DNA of 32,000 nucleotides from Gemmata obscuriglobus (GTDB lineage Bacteria; Planctomycetota; Planctomycetia; Gemmatales; Gemmataceae): NCBI RefSeq assembly GCF_008065095.1, contig NZ_CP042911.1, positions 8,100,001 to 8,132,000 of the forward strand, read 5' to 3'. Shown piece by piece: positions 26,820 to 32,000 of this stretch (position 1 is its first letter; each line of letters starts with the position of its first letter). The notes under the pieces were generated by a model. It saw only the letters and a program-made list of their open reading frames with translations, ran no database searches and was not told where the DNA came from. The position numbers and the translations under genes were made by a program.

Positions 26820-26878
26820 GCGGCGAATCGGCGGGTGCTCGCGGCTTCGTTTCGGCCCACACGGGCCTCGTGTTCACG

Positions 26879-26971
26879 AAGACGAATTTGACGGGATCGG
26901 CGGGATGAACCGGATCAAGACCGATCGATTTGAAAGCCGGTTCATCCTGTAAATCCTGTCAAATTCGTCTT
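26879..26971 (+). repeat. nested inverted repeat (two-tier hairpin) downstream of gnd; probable 3'-end RNA structure or terminator
   Basis: Outer stem 26879-26897 / 26953-26971 is 19 bp with one G:T at 26893:26957. Inner stem 26902-26913 / 26937-26948 is 12 bp with one G:T at 26902:26948. The 23-nt loop contains the palindromic cgatcgat. Confidence 0.6.
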
Positions 26972-27118
26972 GGCTCCTCCATCGAACGTTGGTGCCACAC
27001 GGCCCGCCTTTGGCCGGCAGTGGCACCCGGGCGGATGTCATTCAGACACGCGCCCCAGTGCCTTCGCGATTGCCCTGCGCTCTGGCTTCTCCCGACCGAC
27101 GTTGTAACATCACCCCGG

Positions 27119-27811
27119 ATGCCGCCGCGATTTCATTGCACCCCGCCGGAAGCCGTCGCCGAAACCGTTCGCGAAACGGTGTTCGTCGATGATTACACGT
27201 TCCGCATCGACCGCCCCGCCGAGGGCGATAAGCTGCTCGACCACCCGTGGTGCCGGTCCGCCTACGCGGCGGACGACTACGTCCCGTACTGGCCGACGCT
27301 GTGGCCCAGCGCGCGGATGCTCGCGAAGGCGGTGCTGCGCGAGCCGTGGGACACGTACCCGCAGCCCGTGGAGGTGTTGGAGATCGGGTGCGGGCTAGGG
27401 CTGGCGGGCGTGGCGTGCCTGGCGAAGGGGCTTCAGGTCACGTTCTCCGACGTGGACGAAACGGCCCTCACCTTCGCGGCGCGGAACGCCCGGTTGAACG
27501 GCTTCAGCCGCGGGTTCACGACGCGGCCCGTTGACTTCCGCTGCCCGCCCGACGACGAGAAATACGGCGTCGTGATCGGGTCGGACCTGATGTACGAGGA
27601 GCGCCTGGTGGAGCCGCTCGTACACCTCCTGGAGTCGGTTCTCGCGCCCGGGGGCGTGTGCCTGATCGCCGACCCGGACCGGCTTCCCGCCCGCGTGTTC
27701 CGGTGGAAGCTCGAAGAGGCGGGGTACAGCGTGACGCCCGATTTCGCACGGGCCGGCGAACCCGGGGGCGAGCGCACCAAGGGCACCATCTACCGCATCC
27801 GTCGTATCTAA
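27119..27811 (+). CDS. class I SAM-dependent methyltransferase (Methyltransf_16 / protein-lysine MTase-like)
   Basis: Track ORF trimmed to ATG 27119, because the upstream part lies inside the hairpin. VEVLEIGCGLGLAGVACLAKGLQVTFSDVD is motif I plus the acidic post-I residue. VVIGSDLMYEE resembles the DxxY motif of lysine MTases. Confidence 0.75.
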   Translation: MPPRFHCTPPEAVAETVRETVFVDDYTFRIDRPAEGDKLLDHPWCRSAYAADDYVPYWPTLWPSARMLAKAVLREPWDTYPQPVEVLEIGCGLGLAGVACLAKGLQVTFSDVDETALTFAARNARLNGFSRGFTTRPVDFRCPPDDEKYGVVIGSDLMYEERLVEPLVHLLESVLAPGGVCLIADPDRLPARVFRWKLEEAGYSVTPDFARAGEPGGERTKGTIYRIRRI

Positions 27812-27826
27812 ACTCCAGAGCCGCCC

Positions 27827-28309
27827 ATGCTCGCACCGAACAACGGGGACGAGTTCCCCGCGTTCCCTCCGCCCCACCAACTGGAGCCGCACGAGCGGTA
27901 CGAGTTGCTCCTGCGGGCGGTCCGGTATCTGCTGACCCGTCACATCTCGTTCACGCAAATCGAAGCCGCCCTTGTTGCCGGGGGCGTGCCCTCTGAAGTG
28001 GCCGAGCAACTGGTCGAACTCGTCGTGCAGAACCTGCAGGGGCTGTCTCCCGCGGCCGACGCGTTCGACGCCGTTGAAGTGCCGCCGGTCGCGCTGGCCG
28101 CCCTCGGGTTCGTGCCCGATATGAACGCGATCCCGCCGGAGTCGCTGCTCGCGGTGGCCCAGGGGGTCGCACCGGCTCCCGATTTCGCGTTCGTGAAGCG
28201 GCCCTCGTTCCGGGCCACGCGCCACGGAACGCCCCGCGCGGTGCTCCTCTTAACGGCGGCCATCGTGAGCGCCGTCGTGCTCGTGCTGGTGCTCCTCGCA
28301 CGGGGCTAA
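27827..28309 (+). CDS. hypothetical tail-anchored membrane protein
   Basis: 160-aa ORF starting 15 nt after the MTase stop. It has a single C-terminal TM segment (AVLLLTAAIVSAVVLVLVLLARG). I recognise no family. Confidence 0.5.
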   Translation: MLAPNNGDEFPAFPPPHQLEPHERYELLLRAVRYLLTRHISFTQIEAALVAGGVPSEVAEQLVELVVQNLQGLSPAADAFDAVEVPPVALAALGFVPDMNAIPPESLLAVAQGVAPAPDFAFVKRPSFRATRHGTPRAVLLLTAAIVSAVVLVLVLLARG

Positions 28310-28359
28310 CCGCGGCGAGCAGCGGCGAACGGACGACCGGAAGGGCGACGACCGGTGAG

Positions 28360-28953
28360 CTACTTTTGGGCCGGCTTGCCGAGCTCGAACGACTGGAGCA
28401 CCCAGACGTCCTTGCCGTTGTCGGTCATCCGCACGAGGCCGACGTTCGGTGCGTACCACGCGGAAACGATCCGTTGCCCATTAGCCTGGGTTTGCGCGAG
28501 GTCGACCCGGACGGCGTCGAACGTTCCGGCCGCGACCGTGATTTTCTCGAGCGCCGCGATGGTTCCGGTGCCCTCCGCACCGCTGGTTTTGACTTCCCAG
28601 GTGGTGCCCACCCGGACCGGCGACTGGAGAAAGACGAGCGGCGCGTTGAACGTTCCGCTGCCCAGGCCCAGCCGGGCGAGGCCGCCGTCGGTCACCTGCA
28701 TCACGTCGTTCACGGCGTTGACGCCTTGCCCGTTCGGGGCCACGACCGTCACCACCTTGGCGCCCTTCACGTCCTTCGAGTCCTCCACCCGGTCGATGAT
28801 CAGGGTGCAGTCGGTGTAGACCCACTTCGTGCCCGGCACGAGCGGGTAGTAGTACACCGGCTCCGGGGTCCTCATCAGGTGCTTGGGCACCGGGGCGGCC
28901 GCGCCGGACGGGACAACGGCGAACGCGGCGAGCAGGACAGCGAATCGGCTCAC
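28360..28953 (-). CDS. exported hypothetical protein
   Basis: Signal peptide MSRFAVLLAAFAVVPSGAAAP. The body is beta-rich (YYYPLVPGTKWVY...WYAPNVGLVRM). I recognise no family. Confidence 0.6.
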   Translation of the reverse strand: MSRFAVLLAAFAVVPSGAAAPVPKHLMRTPEPVYYYPLVPGTKWVYTDCTLIIDRVEDSKDVKGAKVVTVVAPNGQGVNAVNDVMQVTDGGLARLGLGSGTFNAPLVFLQSPVRVGTTWEVKTSGAEGTGTIAALEKITVAAGTFDAVRVDLAQTQANGQRIVSAWYAPNVGLVRMTDNGKDVWVLQSFELGKPAQK

Positions 28954-29228
28954 GGGGCATCTCCGGGTGGAGCGGGAGGGTCGCTTCGTCCCACATGGTA
29001 ACCCGCCGCGTTTGGCGCCGCCAGTGGCCCCTTTTCGCCCCGCGTCACACTCCCTACAATCGCAGTTCCGAGTAATTCCGGCCGAGGCGACGGGCGTCCC
29101 GGCCGACGCGAACGACCCGCCTCGGACCGCGCGCCCTTTGGGAGCCGGCGAGGGTCGTTAACCGAGTGCCGCGGGGAACCAAGTCGGGGCCGTCCGAGCC
29201 CCGCTCCCGAGCACGGAGCTGTCGAGTC

Positions 29229-29435
29229 ATGGCCACCAAGAACAAGACGAACAAGAGCGTCAAGAAGCGGATCCGCGTGACCGCCACCGGCAAGCTGAAG
29301 TACGGCAAGGTCGGCCGGCGCCACTTGAACGCCCACATCAAGACCAAGCGGAAGCGTCAGCTCCGCAAGGCCGGGATCATCGGCGACCGCCCCCGGGTGC
29401 AGAAGAAGTACAAGATCGCCCTCGGCGTTCTGTGA
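29229..29435 (+). CDS. rpmI: 50S ribosomal protein L35
   Basis: Track ORF trimmed to ATG 29229. MATKNKTNKSVKKRIRVTATGKLKYGKVGRRHLNAHIKTKRKRQLRK matches the L35 basic pattern. It lies immediately upstream of rplT. Confidence 0.9.
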   Translation: MATKNKTNKSVKKRIRVTATGKLKYGKVGRRHLNAHIKTKRKRQLRKAGIIGDRPRVQKKYKIALGVL

Positions 29436-29491
29436 GTTGTTGCTCACCCGCACTCTTGTCTCATCGGCATTCTTACACCAGGGGTTAGGTC

Positions 29492-29863
29492 ATGGTTCGC
29501 GCTCGTAGTAAGGCTACAACCGCTCGTCGCAAGAAGCGGCTCCGCAAACTCACTAAAGGCTTCCGCCTCGGCCGGCACAACCTGTTCCGGATGGCGAAGA
29601 CCACGCTGCTCCGCGCCCGCACGTACGCGTTCCGCGACCGCAAGGCGAAGAAGCGCGAGTACCGGCGGATCTGGATCGTCCGCATCAACGCCGCCTGCCG
29701 GATGCGCGGCATGCGGTACAGCGAGTTCATTCACGGCCTGCAACTGTCGCACATCGCGCTCGACCGCAAGTCGCTGTCGGAGATCGCGATCCACGACCCG
29801 GCCGCGTTCGACAAGCTGGTCGAGATCGTGAAGGCCACCCTCGCCGCCAACGCGCCGAAGTAA
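29492..29863 (+). CDS. rplT: 50S ribosomal protein L20
   Basis: [68 protein letters not shown]...[12 protein letters not shown] is canonical L20. Confidence 0.95.
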   Translation: MVRARSKATTARRKKRLRKLTKGFRLGRHNLFRMAKTTLLRARTYAFRDRKAKKREYRRIWIVRINAACRMRGMRYSEFIHGLQLSHIALDRKSLSEIAIHDPAAFDKLVEIVKATLAANAPK

Positions 29864-29871
29864 ATTCAGAA

Positions 29872-30010
29872 GAGAGATTGGCCGCAAAAAAGCACAAAGG
29901 GCACAAAAGGGAACCGAAGGCGAAGACAGATAAAGTGTTGAACTCACTCTTCTGTCTTCGTCTTCGGTTTCCTTTTGTGCCCTTTGTGCTTTTTTTGCGG
30001 CCAATCTCTT
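29872..30010 (+). repeat. 139-nt A/T-rich imperfect palindrome (59-bp stem) directly after rplT
   Basis: 29872-29930 pairs base for base with 29951-30010: 56 Watson-Crick pairs plus 3 G:T, with one bulged T in a T7 versus A6 run. A 4-bp tip helix (29934-29937 / 29945-29948) closes a 7-nt loop. The arms contain GCACAAAGG / GCACAAAAGG direct repeats. Confidence 0.85.
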
Positions 30011-30135
30011 CTATGGCTTTGTCTTCCCAACGTCTCTTGCGCCCACCCCTCTTCTTGTGTTCTTCTTGAACGCCCCAGGTCCGCGAGCGAAGTACACTGT
30101 GAGTAGAACGCACTTACTTCCTTCGGGGCAATCTC

Positions 30136-31593
30136 ATGTCTCGCCCTTTGGTCCCGGCTGACGCGGAACTGCTCGGGCGGCTCCTCGCGTTTGACATCGA
30201 CGGCGGCGCGGTCGCGCTACCGTTTGCCGCCCGACTCGCCCGCGAGCACGGTTGGTCACGCTCCTATGCCGAGCGCGTCATCGAAGAGTACAAGCGGTAC
30301 GTCTTTCTGGCCGCCACAACCGGCTTCAAAGTGTGCCCGTCCGAGGACGTTGACGCCGCGTGGCACCTGCACCTCACGTACACCAAGTCTTACTGGCAAA
30401 GGCTCTGCGGCGAGTTGATCGGCCGCCCGCTGCACCACGAGCCCACGACGGGCGGACCGGCAGAGGGCGATAAGCACCTGGCGATGTACACCGCCACACT
30501 CGACGCTTACGAGCGGGCGTTCGGGCGCACCCCGCCGGCGGACGTGTGGCCCGGCGCGGACGCGCGGTTCGGCGACGACACCCGGCACCGCGTCGTCAAC
30601 ACCGCCCGGAACTGGGTCATCCCGAAGGCCCCCATCAAGCGGGCCGCAGGCCTGGCTGCAGGGTTCGCGCTGGTCGCGGTCCTGCTGCCGGGGTGCGACG
30701 ACTCGTTCAACCCGTTCGCGCTAAAACGCGCCGACATTCTCTTCCCCCTCGTGCTGGCGCTCGTCGCAGCCGTGTGCGGCGGGCGGGTGATCCGGTCGGT
30801 GCTGCGCACCCCGAACGCGACGCCCGGGGACGACGCCGTTGTGCTGAACTGGGCGCAGACCGCGTACCTCGGCGGCGGGACGGAGCGGCTGACGACCGCG
30901 GCGCTCGCGCGGGTCGTCGGCCGCGGGCTGGCGGAAGTCGCTCCGGACGGCAAGACCCTCTGCGCGGTCGGCCCGGCGCCGGAGGACGCGAGCGCGGTGG
31001 AGCGCGCGGTCCTCGGTTCGCTGCCGGTGTCGAACGAGGTGACCGCCCTGAAGCCGGTGGAACTGGCCGTGGGGGCCGCGTTCGCTCAGGAAGCCGAGCG
31101 GCTCGCGCGCGACGGCGTCACCCTCCCGGTGGCGCGAAAGGTTCGCATCGCGCTGGCCTCGCTGCTCCCGTTCGCGCTGGTCTATTTGTGCCTCGTGCTC
31201 CCGCAGTTCGTTTTCGCGGCGTGGGCCGGCCGACCGACTTTTTACCTCCTGATCACGTCGGTTGTGGGCGGGGTGGCCGGACTGGCCGTCCTGCTGTCCG
31301 GCTCGCTCCGCCTCACCAACCGCGGCCGGGCAGTGCTTGCGACGCAGAAGGAGCGCCACGAAGCGCTGAAGGCCGCGGCGCGGTGGGAGAGCACTGGCGA
31401 CGCGGGGATGGCGGTGGCGCTGTTCGGAACGGCCGTGCTGGCGGGCACCGCGGTCGCGCCGCTCCAGGCGTGGTACCCGCGGCAAACCGGTGAGGCGTCG
31501 CCGAGCGGGTGCAGTTCCGGGTGCGGATCGGGATGTGGCGGGGGCGACGGCGGCGGTGGATGCGGCGGCGGGTGCGGCGGGGGCGGCGACTGA
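30136..31593 (+). CDS. GRDP-like N-terminal domain fused to a TIGR04222-type membrane region with a C-terminal Gly/Cys tail
   Basis: N-terminus: YKRYVFLAATTGFKVCPSEDVDAAWHLHLTYTKSYWQRLCGELIGRPLHHEP (glycine-rich-domain-protein-like/DUF1399 pattern). Middle: LNWAQTAYLGGGTERLTTAALARVVGRGL (TIGR04222-like), flanked by TM segments. Tail: SGCSSGCGSGCGGGDGGGGCGGGCGGGGD. Confidence 0.75.
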   Translation: MSRPLVPADAELLGRLLAFDIDGGAVALPFAARLAREHGWSRSYAERVIEEYKRYVFLAATTGFKVCPSEDVDAAWHLHLTYTKSYWQRLCGELIGRPLHHEPTTGGPAEGDKHLAMYTATLDAYERAFGRTPPADVWPGADARFGDDTRHRVVNTARNWVIPKAPIKRAAGLAAGFALVAVLLPGCDDSFNPFALKRADILFPLVLALVAAVCGGRVIRSVLRTPNATPGDDAVVLNWAQTAYLGGGTERLTTAALARVVGRGLAEVAPDGKTLCAVGPAPEDASAVERAVLGSLPVSNEVTALKPVELAVGAAFAQEAERLARDGVTLPVARKVRIALASLLPFALVYLCLVLPQFVFAAWAGRPTFYLLITSVVGGVAGLAVLLSGSLRLTNRGRAVLATQKERHEALKAAARWESTGDAGMAVALFGTAVLAGTAVAPLQAWYPRQTGEASPSGCSSGCGSGCGGGDGGGGCGGGCGGGGD

Positions 31594-31799
31594 CCGCCGG
31601 CGGCGCACGCAGCGCGTTACGGACACGCTCACAGTGCCTTCCACTTTACGCACGTTCGACGTGCCGACTTGAGACAACTGGGTCTCCCGTGACTACCCGG
31701 ACGGTTCTCGAACGGGTACGATAGCGCAGCAACTGAACCTCCGGCGGCGTGCGGCGGTCCTTCCGGTCGCCCTGCCTTGCGCTCCACGGACGCCCGCGA

Positions 31800-32000
31800 A
31801 TGGACCCGGTCATCGGTATCGACCTCGGTACCACCAACTCCGCCGCCGCGTTCCTCACCGACGACGGCCCCGAGATCATCCCCAACGCGATCGGCGGCCG
31901 TCTCACGCCCTCCGTCGTCGGCGTGGACGAGCGCGGCGCGGTGCTGGTCGGCGCCGCGGCCAAAGAGCTGCAAGTGCTGAAGCCGGACCGCTGCGCGAGC
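31800..32000 (+). CDS. Hsp70 family protein, N-terminal fragment (continues beyond window end)
   Basis: My own translation from ATG 31800 is MDPVIGIDLGTTNSAAAFLTDDGPEIIPNAIGGRLTPSVVGVDERGAVLVGAAAKELQVLKPDRCAS. IGIDLGTTNS is the Hsp70 phosphate-1 signature. The frame stays open to the window end, so it is absent from the ORF track. Confidence 0.85.
   Translation, partial: MDPVIGIDLGTTNSAAAFLTDDGPEIIPNAIGGRLTPSVVGVDERGAVLVGAAAKELQVLKPDRCAS

Noticed and set aside
25206-26908. ORFs 25206..26765 (-) and 25436..26908 (+) overlapping gnd
   Set aside because: gnd is canonical in its own frame. The alternatives are shadow frames with Arg/Gly/Asp-rich low-complexity translations.
26930-27118. N-terminal 63 codons of track ORF 26930..27811
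   Set aside because: This part begins inside the nested hairpin after gnd and encodes no methyltransferase-related sequence. ATG 27119 precedes the conserved region, so the CDS was shortened. Similar N-terminal trimming was applied to ORFs 184..1293, 2118..3656, 6248..7783, 10875..12050, 14484..15365, 25137..26819 and 29166..29435.
27827-28309. C-terminal TM segment plus basic end (LLLTAAIVSAVVLVLVLLARG) as a PEP-CTERM sorting signal for the exosortase
   Set aside because: There is no PEP (Pro-Glu-Pro) motif ahead of the TM helix, no N-terminal signal peptide, and only a minimal basic cluster. It is more likely a simple tail anchor.
29444-30113. ORFs 29444..30004 (-), 29727..30113 (-) and 29878..30069 (+), with Lys/Arg-rich mirrored peptides (KKHKGHKREPKAK... 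and similar)
   Set aside because: They lie inside or across the 139-nt palindrome and antisense to rplT. The mirrored peptides are a consequence of the inverted repeat, not evidence of coding.
1-32000. Search for tRNA, rRNA, CRISPR arrays and transposase/IS elements
   Set aside because: I found no T-loop-like GGTTCGAATCC-type motif in a cloverleaf context, no regularly spaced direct repeats, no rRNA-like conserved blocks and no transposase-like ORF on either strand.

Overview
High-GC chromosomal segment that looks planctomycetal, probably Gemmataceae-like. The taxon is an inference from gene content: a DUF1559/prepilin-signal protein with a companion lipoprotein, an exosortase, and lineage-specific paralog families. 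(1) 1-8628, all minus strand, is one tightly packed envelope-glycan operon: exosortase > VanZ-like > Wzm > Wzt > MTase-fold protein > GT4 > GT8-like > GT2 > GT2. Four of its junctions are 4-nt start/stop overlaps, and a two-FHA-domain protein is divergently encoded. (2) The middle holds the DUF1559 pair, then a thioredoxin-fold gene that the ORF track splits at an in-frame TGA. I interpret that TGA as selenocysteine (U-x-x-C active site plus a SECIS-like hairpin). It is followed by a di-haem cytochrome c peroxidase, a yceH-like gene, a lineage-specific protein, xerD, an exported protein and glnE. (3) Between glnE and miaB sits a ~2-kb three-gene cassette with visibly lower G+C and atypical codon usage. 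Its first product resembles a small Tse2/ART-like toxin and its second an immunity protein. This is my best candidate for an undescribed accessory system. (4) The right end carries gnd, a class I methyltransferase, two small hypothetical genes and rpmI-rplT. These are followed by a ~140-nt A/T-rich 59-bp-stem hairpin, a GRDP/TIGR04222-type membrane protein with a Gly/Cys tail, and the start of an Hsp70 paralog. I saw no rRNA, tRNA, CRISPR array or IS element. Many long ORFs in the track are GC-driven shadow ORFs and were rejected.
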